Source: Nemertoderma westbladi (taxonomy: Eukaryota; Animalia; Xenacoelomorpha). From it: a DNA stretch of 64,000 bases. A program made the translations under genes and the position numbers. Below are positions 33,544 through 46,005 of this stretch, one piece after another. The notes below the pieces were generated by a model. The model was not told the DNA's origin and searched no databases. It saw only the letters and a program-made list of their open reading frames with translations. Numbering within the stretch: position 1 is the first letter of the stretch; the number at the start of each line of letters is the position of its first letter. The stretch covers positions 1-64,000 of the forward strand of contig JAUCBJ010008759.1 of NCBI GenBank assembly GCA_032718475.1, read 5' to 3'.

Positions 33544-36204
33544 CAATACCCTTGCGCATCAACTACTTCTGAACAAATTTTGCCTCAAATGGTCTGGACC
33601 TTTTTTTAGAACAAAAAGGCCCCAAATAGGGCAATTATTGGGCCTTTTTGATTTAAGATATTAGCCCAGCACAAGTATGGATGAACATATGGTGTAATGC
33701 AAACAGCACCCAAAAAACCATATAGGACAGTGAATTGGAGAAAATATTCAATCGTAAAAATTTTTTCATTTTCTTCGTCGGACACCATGAAAAAAAATAA
33801 GGGCACCCACCGAAAAGTATCAAACTGGTGAATAAATATACGTCATATTGTCAAAAGATGCGTGGAGAAAGGTTAGAAGTTAGGAAGTGTCATGAAATTT
33901 TGGATTCTAACTTTCAGCGCATCTATGTTTTCTAATTGATTTTATAGTGAGATTTTACATCCCCCCCCCCCCCCCCCCCCCCACCCGGTGCGGTATAAAT
34001 AAGGGTAAAAATCATGAATTCGGTCTTGGTAGATTTATATGTAATCCAACCTCCTACAAGTTCTACAACATTTTATCTAATTATTTTAAAAAATCTGTAG
34101 AACATATATATTTTGTTCTAGAACAACGCGTGTGGGGTCTGAAACTGGAAAGTGCCACGTCCACAATTAAAAATTTATGAAAGCTGTGAAAGCATTTTAT
34201 ATAATACGTGATGCGGGTGGAAATTAACTAAAAGTCAAAACAAAGATATTCATATAGACGAAGAACCATTGCATATAGCTGTGTGTTTCATGGTAACCGG
34301 GATGACAGTGACTCAAATAGCAGGTAGGCTAGCTAGCTACGAGCCGCGGCCAACAGCTAGGGTAAGCTGCGGATACTAGCTATTTTCAGTGGCCACTAGA
34401 CGCATTGTGGCACGTAGCTAGTACAGTAGCTGTGTTCCTATGTTACACCATGGAAACCGGGTTTTAGACACCCAGTTTGTTTGTTTAAATTCAATAAAAA
34501 ATTTTGTGAAAAATAAATATTGTGAAAAATTTTTTTAGAAAAAAAAAATAAAAATATAATAAAAATATAATAGAAAATAAATAAAAATAATTTAATTGAT
34601 TTCAAACACGTTTTAGAACGATGCCATGCGTTTTAAATAGAATCCAGATTTTTTTCTAAATTTTTTTTACATTTACTTTATCTTTACATTTTTTTTTAAT
34701 GAATAGCTAACATGTTCTGGAACATTTTCTATACAAATAGTAATAAGAACTAGCTACTACAAAATAATTATAGAAGGAAGTAGGATGTCGGAACCAGTGT
34801 CTAAATTACTAGCTAAACCTACCTAAATCACTAGCTACCATATAATTTAGTATCTTGCTTAACGAAGAGGCTTCAATTCTTTCAAATTAAAGAATTATAT
34901 CAAAATATCAAATTGTTGTAAAAAAGAAACTGGTCTCTTTTTGAATGGCAAAATGCAACTTATTAGGCCGTGTATATATAGTAGGCCATGGGAGCGTTAT
35001 ATAAAATGCTATATCTCAAAAACGGCACGACAGATTTGGAAAAAAATTTAGCAGTGGTTTTATGTCAACCATATCTATCGTTTTATAAAATAAATGATGA
35101 TACATTTGTCCTTCCGTGTATATTTAGTATTCCATGGATACACCCATATATTCCATATGGTATAATAGGGGGAAACACACACCATAAATATATATCCCAC
35201 TCAGAGTAAAAATAAATGAAATAATTCGTGCAATAACATTTAATCATTACTAAGCTCATTCAATCCCAATCTATATATTTCTGGAAATATTACCAATAGA
35301 AAAGTTACATATATTGGAAACATCAAAATTAATGTGGGAAATAAAAAACTCAAAAAAAACAATCTTTTATCATGTCATTTTTCTCTCTCCCCTCTACTAT
35401 ACACGTTCGTGGGCCTTCGCGCAGGACGAGGGTAAGTTATTAGATACAGATTGAAATTGAGCAATTTTATCCCAAAATCGGTACTTAAGAAATTTGAATA
35501 AATAATTAAGAAAATTTAACCAAACTTTTAATTTAAAAAAAACTTTCGCATTGGCAACTGGGCATCGATGTCATAGAAGTCCACAGTTAAACTACTCAAA
35601 AATTTCAATGTATTCTTCAGTCCTCGGGTCTCGCTCATCGGTTAGTCCAGTTTGCCCATAGCGCAGTAGCGATACCAAAAGTCGAGGTCGCCAACGACAC
35701 TGCGACATACAGAGGCGGTGGCCTTGATGGCCAGTTGTTTTAGTACCGGTACCATTCCAAAACGTTGCTGGGTATTATCAGTCAGTAATGTAAGTCCGCC
35801 TAATTTCAAAACTTCCATGGCTGCATGGTTGCCGTTGCCGAGCATTATTGGCGGATGGCGCCAACGACCTGAAGACGGTACCGGTAACTCTGTACCACTG
35901 TAACAGACACAGTACCGTACTATAAAACAGATGTTTAATAAGATTAAAGTACCATACCGTACCGGTACATGATATGGCTGAATAGTCGCGATATCACAAT
36001 TCAGACATCACTCTGACAATTGCTGGACTCCACGGTGAAATAGGCCTACCACACTTCCCAAGGCCACATTATTGCTGCATTGTACCGGTATTGAGGAATT
36101 TCAAACGCACTTGATATATCCTGCAGTCTCCTAGCAACCAGCTGATGCCAAGCCTAGTAATTTTTGGATAGATAAATTTATTATAACTGCAAGACAGTTA
36201 CACA

Positions 36205-36440
36205 GATGCTGCGCGAAGGCCCCACGCAAATTCATCTTGGAAAATTTCTAAACTTTTTCTAGACTACATATGTACCAAGTTTGGATATATTTTATCGAGA
36301 TTTGGCTGAGTTATTAAAATTGGACACAACAGATCAACAGAGCAACAGAACAACAGATCAACAGAGCAACAGACACACCGATTGAATTAGTGGTGCCTGT
36401 ATGCTAAGCTCGCTTACTTTCGTCGCTCGCCCCATATAAC
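36205..36440. mobile_element. Helentron-associated/DINE-1-like non-autonomous element
   Basis: tgctgcgcgaaggccccac is the reverse complement of the motif at 41332 and matches 35409 closely. Core tgtaccaagttt, a caacaga micro-repeat and 3' end gctcgcttactttcgtcgctcgc; same family as 41325-41660. Confidence 0.55.
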
Positions 36441-37190
36441 TACACTACAAGATCCGCCACATCAATGAACTATTACATACCACGTACAAGACTGGCTCTA
36501 ACACAAAGATCACTCAAATATCACGGTACTTTGATATGGAATTCACTTCACCTGAAAATAAAAGAAAGTACAACTAAGAAAGCACTTACCCAAAATCTTA
36601 AAAAGTCATTGCTAAACGATCTAACTTGAAATAAAAAAAAACTTAAAATAAATAAGTCCTAGAGTAGTATTAGGCCCAATCATCTATTAAACTCATTAAA
36701 CAAATTTGTATCTATTTATAAATCGTATCACATCGCATTAACTGAATATTTCAAATTTTTTTTAAAATCTCAAAATGTAATTTAAATCTATCAAAATCAA
36801 CAGGCTGTACGAATTAAATTGATTGAAATGTAATATTTACAACAAAACGCTCGCCACGGCAACAGGGATCTATACTAGCTTTGCTACTGTTTCCTGTTTC
36901 TCATAAATACTACAATACTGTAAACAAATATTGGAGCTCCAAACCTAGCAACGATCCATATAATCTAAATAACAATAAAACCCCAATTACGCAGTGTACC
37001 TAAACTGGTGATGGGTTTATAATACTGAGAGTGTGTATTAATAACGAAACAAATAAATGAACCATTACGGGTTCCTTTGATTGATTGATATTCAATTTTA
37101 TTACTTCTTTCTAGTCAATAATATATAATATTATATAATTATGTATAACAATGCAATGCCAGCCACGATTGAACCTGGTATTCCATAAGC

Positions 37191-37379
37191 TCAAAGGATT
37201 TTTAGCGTTTTACCTCTATGCCTATGGATGGAGTCGAATATTTTATTGAAGACCACTAAGGTCAGAATTGCAGTAGGCCTAGTATCTGAACTATTATTGA
37301 TCCATTTTGGTTTAAATCCATTTTGGCTCTTACACGGATTACTCTCTGTCAGACTCCCCAGCAGACCATAGGCAAACAT
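37191..37379 (-). pseudogene. Degenerate LINE RT fragment
   Basis: QNGF and FNKIFDSIHR..LKIL resemble the QxGF and DFxKAFDS motifs of non-LTR RT. Confidence 0.55.
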
Positions 37380-37959
37380 TAGCCATTAGCCTACAGTACT
37401 TAGTGTTTCTAATTTGTTACACGCCAGATGAAACCCTCTCAAACTCCTGAATGGAATGAAAGCGAGTACCATCTATTGGATTACTTAATGCGAATAGCTG
37501 GTTAGCTGTATGATTTTTTAGTTATTGTGTACTGCTGACTGTAGGAGTTGACTGCTCTAAAAAAGTTGAAATATGTGGCTCTAATAGATTCGAATCATGA
37601 AGTGAAATTTAATTCTGATATAATTTTGCTTTAGATTTCCTTTTATAACAACGGGAAATCTGTCGGCCTAAATAATTCGAAAATAGTGTAGAAAAAGAAT
37701 GACATTGGAAATTTAAGACAATAGAAAGTATGACGGAAATACATTTGTTTGCTAACTAACTTTGTACAACTTTATTCGAAGGAGAGAGAGGGGGGGGGGG
37801 GGGGGGGGGGGGGGGTTCTTATTCAAAGAAATACGGTAATTTAATTTGACGCGACTTACGACTTGCTTAATGGCGTCTTGACGCCGTCTCTATTTGAATC
37901 ATGTTATCTCCATCCACCAACCCCACTAATCCCAAGCAAAGTGCAGGATTAAAATTTCC

Positions 37960-38722
37960 TAGCTAGTTCGATTTGGGGCATACAATAACATACAGCCAAA
38001 AAAGGCCATATACACTCACATTCAACCATTAACGATCACATACACTCAAATATTTATTGCGATTTCGATCATAGAGTATATTGATTATTGATATATCTTT
38101 TCGCTTTCCCTATTTGTTTATCCCTAATATTGCTATACTGCCGTACACTGTACAGCTGTAGTAGCCTACCGGTTCTGTTTCGTTACAAATTATATAATAT
38201 CAGGATTAGGCTACGGGTCAGAATGTGGGATCCTACTATCTATTACTGCCGGTGTATCATACCCGCCGTAGTCAGGAACCGCGCCGTTGTCAGGAACCGC
38301 GCCGTTGTCAGGAACCGCGCCGTTGTCAGGAACCTCGCCATTGTCAGACTGTTAGAATATTTGTCAACGGCTCGCTTTTGTTGCTGTGATTGTTTTCTCC
38401 CAATTCTAAATTCCTTGTGATGTCCGCGAATGTGTGGCCATATCTGGCTGCATATAAATAGTTAGCACAGAATTCAGCATCATGGGATGGGTGGCCCTTG
38501 TTTCTAATTCTGATATTATTAACAATCAATATAATATGATCGAAATCTCAATAAATAATTAAAATTATAATTTATTTATGTATTTATTATGTTATTTATT
38601 TATTATATAATTTATGATTGTATTGGAGTGTTTGTGATCGTCTGTGGTTGCGTGAGTGCACCCTATATATGCATTTTTGACAGTATGTGACTGTATGTAT
38701 TTGCCTCAAATCGAATTAGCCA
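37960..38722. mobile_element. Old MITE-like element with long degenerate inverted repeats and an internal 18-bp tandem repeat
   Basis: gctagttcgatttggggca...cgatcacatacactc...tttcgatcata (37960-38090) is roughly inverted at 38525-38722. gtcaggaaccgcgccgtt x4 at 38270-38347. Confidence 0.55.
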
Positions 38723-39727
38723 AATGTCCTTAGCATAAGCCAAAGATAAATAGGAAATGTAATGTATAGAATATTCATTCCGGATACTTTAGATACTTTT
38801 TGAATTTTGTGTACAATGTGATATTTTCCAGTTAAGGATTTACAATTATTTATCTTTTTACTTATAGCTCTTTACATTAATCAAACAGCCACGTATTGAC
38901 TCAAGTTTGAGGCAAGAAAGCAGCTGCAGAGTTCAGATATTATATGATCTTTAAATTCAAATAAATTTCCATGTCCAATCCATATTATTCATCAACAATT
39001 ACATAAAATTTGATGTAAACTAATATATTATAATTATTACAAAATAATAATCAATAAACGGCTACTATTAAATTATTAGAGCGCTAAATAGTGCTGAATT
39101 GACTATTACATATACATAGGACGATAAATGTATTTTTTTACAGTATCACATAACATATCACGACAAAAATCAAAATATTATTTGCTTATAATAAAATTCA
39201 TTAATTATATTAGTGCAGTGGAGTGAAATAATTTTGACAAATGTGCCAAAAGTCTTTTATTGTGTATGTCTATGTAGCTGACAAAAATCCCATGCTCTAA
39301 AAAATATTTGTAGCAAAACATACATTTAAAGCTGAAAATTCTAAAGAAATTGAAATAATCTTAGGAGAGAATAAGGATAATATTCGATATAGTGATATTC
39401 CAGAATAATTTAATTAATTTTGCGATAAGCTGTGATTCAATGGGAATAGAATAAATTTTACACTGACCTGCCTGACATTGCTATATCTCGGTAAACAGAT
39501 TTACCATACAACTTTTAAATATACAAAAATTGCCCCTATTATTAAACTGATGCAAAAAAAACAACAATTGCACTGCTAGGAAATTTAATAATTTAAACGA
39601 ATTTTAGATGTAATTTTTCACCTAATGGGGGATAAATGATAATAGGGTAAATAAACAATATTAATTGTGATTGTTGTATTCTATTCAATAAATACACAAT
39701 ATTCTGGAACAATTTGTTTATGTATGA

Positions 39728-40225
39728 TTATTTTTTTATTTTTTAACACACAGTTTCTATTTATAAATCAACATTAATTACGTATTTAATATTTTGAGAG
39801 TTTCTAATTTGCATATATATTATTATTTAGATACCGGAACTGGCTGAAAGAGATATAAAACGTGTTTCAGCGATTGCTTTGGTGGCTTTACCAGCAGCCT
39901 TTCTGTGGCTCCTTGAACCACGTAGATACATCACGGACGATCTCAGAAGGGCAAAACACATCTTTACTCGTAGGAGCGCTACCATTATGGAGTAAGGGGT
40001 ATCACGTTTTGCAGACAGAAGCAAGGACATGCGATTTATGAGCGCATTGGCCGATCTACTTAGACCTCCACTTGCTGCAGCTACAAAAGGGCAGAAGCCT
40101 GCATGTTCAACCAAATTGATTCGCTCCTCGTACTTCCGTCTCTTTGCATTCTCGTGCATATTGTATGCAGCATCAATTGACCTTGGGTTGGAGTCGCAAT
40201 GAGGATTGAAGACCTTCACGTCTAC
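39728..40225 (-). mobile_element. 5'-truncated CRE-like non-LTR retrotransposon (restriction-like endonuclease C-terminus + 3' UTR + A-rich tail)
   Basis: DVKVFNP..SN, HENAKRRKYEER, VEHAGFCPFV..SGG and FALLRSSVMYLRGSRS, homologous to 50087-50490. T-rich tail at ~39728-39744. Confidence 0.85.
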
Positions 40226-41324
40226 GTCTACGTGATTGTTGTATTGATTTTATGTGAAATTTATGTATGTATTTTATATAATATTTTAAAAACAACAATA
40301 GTTGTTTAAATATATTAACTGAAGAGGTAAACACTAAGAGTCTGAAACCCCACAAACTACAAAAAACATAGAATCATAATGCATAATATGCATTACTATG
40401 GCATGCTGCCATAATAATTGATGGTTTAATGAAAATGAGAAATGGAAATGAAAATTTAATACTATTTATAACAAACCTAAAAAATTAGCATAAATTAACA
40501 GCGCCACCTAGCGGTGCAGAATTATTTTCATAAAATTTCGCCTGATAGTTATGTTGCCCCATCTTTGATCTATCATATAAAAAACTTTCATGTGATTAGA
40601 TTCAAAACTGTAAAAGCCTTAGGGTTTTAAGCGCAACCAAATGTTTTTTATTCTTAACTAATAATAAATGGCGAAAGAAAATTATTTCTGACCTTTCATG
40701 TAGAATAGCATATTATATAATATATTCCAAATTATAGCCAAAACCAAACAATTTTGAAACACTGAGAGTGATAAATCTAAGAGTTGTCCGAAAATGGTGT
40801 ACCCCCCCCCCCCCCCCCCCCCTTAATTCAATCAACAAAAAATACAAACGAAACAAACAAAACAAACATAAACATAAACATATTAACATTCTCAACACAC
40901 AGTCTATGTATCGCAACCCTAACCTAAACCTAACAGCCATAGTTTTCCGAAGTCCTTAGGGCTGATTCGATGTTTTTTTGTAGTCCAGTGCTAACCCCCC
41001 TTGCTAAGACTCTTGTGTTAACCTTTTATAACAAGCAGGCCCTCATTAGTAGTCAGTAGGCCTATGTCGTTAACTTTAATTACAATAGTTTATGATATAA
41101 TCAGTCTGGTTTTTCAAGGTTTAATAAGGTTTTTTGATGTCCGCAAATCTGATTAATTTGCTAATTAATTAGTTAACTTAAATTGCCTCATTTGTTGAGA
41201 ATTTTTGTTAATAAGTTTCCTATATTGCACCAGTCAAATGATAAAAACTGATTAAAAGGTCTTCTTTAAACTAAATTGGTAGAAGTGTACAGTTCAGTAA
41301 CTGCATTCGATAGTCAATTGACTA

Positions 41325-41660
41325 CCCGCTTGTGGGGCCTTCGCGCAGCACGAAGTGAGCAAAGCCTTTAGCATATGGGCACCATTAACGAGTTGTCTGC
41401 CGTTATTCAGAAGTCTTCAACACAATACTCGTCATCCTCCTGTGCCTCGTTGCGTTCGTTCGTTTTTGACCAAACTTCAGATTCTTTCTAAACTTTTAAC
41501 GGAATACATACGTACCAAGTTTCGTTTAATTTCATGAAGGAATAACCGAGTTATTAGCGATCAAACATTTACGACGACGACGACAGACGACGACGACAAC
41601 TCGCCAATGGCACCCATATGCAAAGGCTTCGCTCACTTCGTGGCTCGCTCCACAGTAATG
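41325..41660. mobile_element. Helentron-associated/DINE-1-like element
   Basis: Subterminal inverted repeats cgaagtgagcaaagcctttagcatatggg (41351) and cccatatgcaaaggcttcgctcacttcg (41613); internal (ACG)n microsatellite; 3' gctcgctc end. Confidence 0.65.
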
Positions 41661-42673
41661 TTTTAATCAATATTGTGAAAATCTCACTTGTTGATATGTA
41701 AAATCCATTTGCCATGGAAAGAAATATAAAATTATTGAATATATGGCCAGGTTTTTAAGAGCATAGGATTTTTGTTATTTATATTATAATTTATAATACC
41801 AAAGGTGCTTTAAATAAGTTTCGCAAGTTGTTCACTTTTGTTACAATTTCGCCTTTTTATGTGGCTAAATAACTTCACTATAGTTCCTTCTTACAAATTA
41901 GTTAGCCAATAGCCATTATCACATATATTTACCTAAATAGTAATTAATAATACTGACTTATTTTTATAAACATTTGCAAAAATAAATCTTTGTTAAATTT
42001 TTTAAAATTTCACCCTTTCTATTTACAAATATTGTTCACGAATAATAGACTATGTAAGTTGAAAACGGAAATTGCCACAGGAAAATAATAAAGAAAAAAC
42101 ACATGATTAAATATTTAACTATTTCTAATGACTGAAGTACCACAGTCTTTGTTGTTTAAATTTATATAACATATGAAAATAAACATTTTGAAAATAAAAA
42201 CATCAGAATCATGGTGCGGTGCTGTATTTTATAAAAAATAATATTTTTAATTTTTTATGGCATTAATTTTGTTAGCTACTTTATTTCATTTAATTTCATA
42301 AATAATTCAAGCATTAAAGACCTATTATCAGTAATAATTGATCTCGAAAAGTCCAATTTCTTCACATCTACAATAAGAATTACCGGTATAATGATCTTCT
42401 ATAGTGAATACCAATAACACCTTGTGTACATACTGTAGGCCTACAGGATGTATGTAAAACAACATATTACAGTAATATATATCATTGGAGTACTGTATTT
42501 CTATAAGGAAAATATTCGCGGAAAATATTAATTATATTGCGATTTTTCCCTAAAATAAAATTTTATGCTTCAAAAAAATCTTTAACCTGATGATTTTTTT
42601 TTTTTTAAAATAAGTGTTGTAAAAGCTTTTGCGGACATAACAAGTCATTTTTACGCAATGCGCAGATTGCGCA

Positions 42674-44095
42674 ATTGCCCTTTCATCCGAGATCTGGAGA
42701 GCGTAGACGAAACAGTTACCCTGCGCTACATCAGAGCTTGGGAAGCTAACGCGGATCTCCATTGCGAATCACGTCACCGATACTATCCAGGACGTGCATA
42801 TGAAGGAGTCTATGCGTTTCACCCATACCTCTTTGCATCCGTCGAACAAAATTCTCGCATTCCCAGTTACGAACTGATGAAGCGTGTTGGCGAGAATATT
42901 TCGACTAAATATGTTCGCAAGTATCTTAGGAATATTATTCCCAATAACCTGAATTCCTTTAACTTCATCAACTTCATCCGTCAAGATCAGGAATACGGCG
43001 ACTTGTTCATAAACTCGCATCCTGAATTACAAGAAATTCATGAACGACCATATGAATATAAAGCCAGAGAACGCGAATTAGAGAGAACAATCAAACCGCG
43101 GAAATTTCTCACTACACATGGTCAACCTACCGCTGTCGTACAAACGACCCATCAAGGACCGGTAAGAGCTGCCATCCTGAAACAAGCTCTAAAGGTTGTT
43201 CGCCCTCGTTCCACCGATATTGATATCGATCAACCGGGTACTTCGACCGGTGGATACACCGGTCGATCAGAGCAATCAGAGCAATCTTCCCAGTTATGCC
43301 AGCAGAGACCCACCTGAGAAAGCTAGCGCATGCGCATTTAGTTGTCGTTTTTCTGAGAATTAGAGCCCTCTCAGAATTCTGTACTAAGTACGGTCGTTTC
43401 AGACTTTGGCCCAAGAACATCTGATGACACTGTTTTACTGCTGTTTTATATTGTGTTCATTGTTGTTTATATTAATGGATGTTATATTTGGAGAATACCG
43501 ATAAATAATCGTAAACCCCTCAATCTTCTTGATTACTGAGGTAAGCGGAGAAAGAGTTTACCGGTAGCAACTGCGACTTAAATTATAGTGGCTTTTGTGT
43601 GAATTAAATGCTATTTCATAATCCCTACATGTGTCAGTTGCAATCCTCCTTATATATGATCAAATTCAGTGACGGTCGGCAAATTAGTGTGAAGTAGTGT
43701 AAAGTAGTGTGAAGTCGTGTGAAGGTTAATAAAGCATCTCCTAAAGAATGCGCTATTTACGAAACTCTGTGGCCATCTAATTGTGATTAGTGTAAGTCAT
43801 AACTCTGTTTTTATACTTAAAGCACCACGTCCTTAAGGAACTGTTAATATTTCCCCGAAAGTAAATATAGTTGTCAGAGATTATATAGTAGCGATCAATC
43901 GAATAATACAAAGTAGCTTACACCGCAATACTTCCTAAGGAACCCGAATCCAGTGGGTCATACGCCGCGCACGGACTGGCTTCGGCAGATGTAAATTCAG
44001 TAAACCAGGTAATTGGTACGGGCAAAGTCGATTCATAATCAAAAGGACAATTAAAATTGGCAGGTTAAACTGCTAAAGGTCTGAAAGCGCGAACA
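42674..44095 (+). repeat. 5' LTR of BEL #3 (5'-truncated); carries the 3' half of the LTR ORF (to 43317)
   Basis: Near-identical to 58155-59688 apart from point changes and two indels; ends ...CGAACA. Confidence 0.9.
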
Positions 44096-44275
44096 TTAAT
44101 GGATTTTTTTCTTTATTGCGCAGTAGGCAATAAATATATTTTGTCTAATGTTCTGGTGAGAACTTTAATAGATTTTGTTCTTTATTGTGCAGTGGGCAAT
44201 AAATATATTTTGTCTAATGTTCTGGTGAGAACATTAATAGTTTTTAGATTCTTTATTGCTCAGTAGGCAATAAAA
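44091..44275 (+). repeat. 69-bp tandem repeat (~2.7 copies) containing a hairpin, at the expected PBS position
   Basis: Units start at 44091, 44160 and 44229; each contains TTTATTG(C/T)-7nt-GCAATAAA. Confidence 0.9.
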
Positions 44276-46005
44276 TCGAACGTACCGGTCGGACGGTAAA
44301 CTGTAGTAGGCCTAGTAACCCAAACCAGTACTTACCCAGTATTATTTCGATTGTGAAATAGTGTATATTGTAGGCTGTTAGGGGATTAGGGATTGATAAC
44401 CCCTTATTCCTTTGTATGGTTTACTTATTCCTGTCAGTTTTATTTATCAGTAAGTGTAATATTGAGCAGAAGGCCTGTAAGCCTGCTCGGATTGTATAAA
44501 TAATTTGTAGGCCGGATTGTTGTCTAACTGTTGTTAGGTCTGAGGAGATTGCAGTGTATGTAGAGTGTCTGTCCGTTAAAGTGCTAGTTAGGAAGGTGGA
44601 GGCATCCAGTGCTGTAAGGTAAACCCTCCACGAAAGAATAAGTTGTACTACATAGTTAGAACGCTTACTAACTAACCATTTCGGAGATTGCATATACTGT
44701 GGTTTATTTAGGCTTGACAGTAGTCTGCCAGCATTTGGTCTGTGTTTTATTTGAATAGTCTGTATGGGTAGCGTAATATTTATTATTCAGAGTTTATTCA
44801 AGTATTTGCAATCTACAACTCCCCAAGTAATATGCTAACAGTAATTATGTAATAAGGCTTGGTATGCATACCGTTATAGTTAAATTAACCCCGGTACTAC
44901 TTCAGGGCTGCTTGTCGTAGGTAAAGACTGGTGATTTTGTGCTCCGGTCACTCCAGCAGATACCGTGGTTCTTTTGGCTGTTCACGTATATCTAACTGCT
45001 AGTTATATGTTGTATAAGTACTTGTACCTAATTTAGGGTTTAGAGTACAGTGCTTTCCTGAAAGTAATTTAGTGTGTAGGCAGTATATTTGTGTTGTAAC
45101 GTGGTTAATAGGTCCATTAGCTCTGGTTGGCTTCGATAATTAACCTCTAGGTATAGGACACTCCGGGTACATAACGTAGTGCTTATAGTTTAAGACTATA
45201 AGCCGTCAGACGGTGGTATTTCCTTATCTGGACAACGCAACGTACTTAATACTACTTTATTGGTTTCAAATACTGTAATTTCCTGTCAGTTTGTAAGAAC
45301 CAGAAATTCTAACTCCTTGTTAATCTGGTTTGTAAATTTCTTGTTAAATTACCCTAAAAATTGTACTTGTAACTTGTTAATTGTTAATTTAGAGATTGTG
45401 TAATCTCAACCCGATATGTAAGTAATTTGTAGTGATAAGTAACTTAGTTAAGTAGAATTATCAGTATTAGTGTCTAACAAGTAGCACTCCACTGAGAGCG
45501 TTCAGCTTCTGTGTAGTGACTTCTCACACAGAAATAATAACATTTATTTCAAATATTGTCAAAACCCATTACGGGTATATATATATATATATTTATAAAT
45601 CAACTCGATCAGATTTATAAAATAGTAGGCCTGTTATACATCAATTAGGTCTTAATATCAGTTGAACTACTGCTTAATATCAGTAATAAAGTAAAGGGAA
45701 GTAATTACTAAAATTTGGAAAATCAGTTATTATTAAATAATTGACATTACCGGTATTTACTGTATGCTTATTATATTTATATAAATTAGGCTAAACTTAT
45801 ATACCGGTATTCTGTGACTGATCCTAGTCTGTAATAATACTGATATATATACTATAGGTGTATACCGGTATTCTAATATTAAACATATACCACATTACAT
45901 TGCGTAGCGATATCGGTAACTACTAGACTGACAGTTGATACTGATTTCCCCTAGACTTGCTTTAACTGTCATTATAGTAGTAGGCATTCAACTGTAAAAT
46001 AAATT

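Noticed and set aside
40315-40355. CTGAAGA...GAAAC hammerhead-like spacing
   Set aside because: Stem II does not pair convincingly and no stem I was found.
42658-42676. ATG 42658 as true gene start, or TG at 42676 as true LTR start
   Set aside because: The ATG lies in unrelated flanking repeat sequence. No PPT precedes the equivalent 3' position and no TSD matches, so the 5' LTR is read as truncated.
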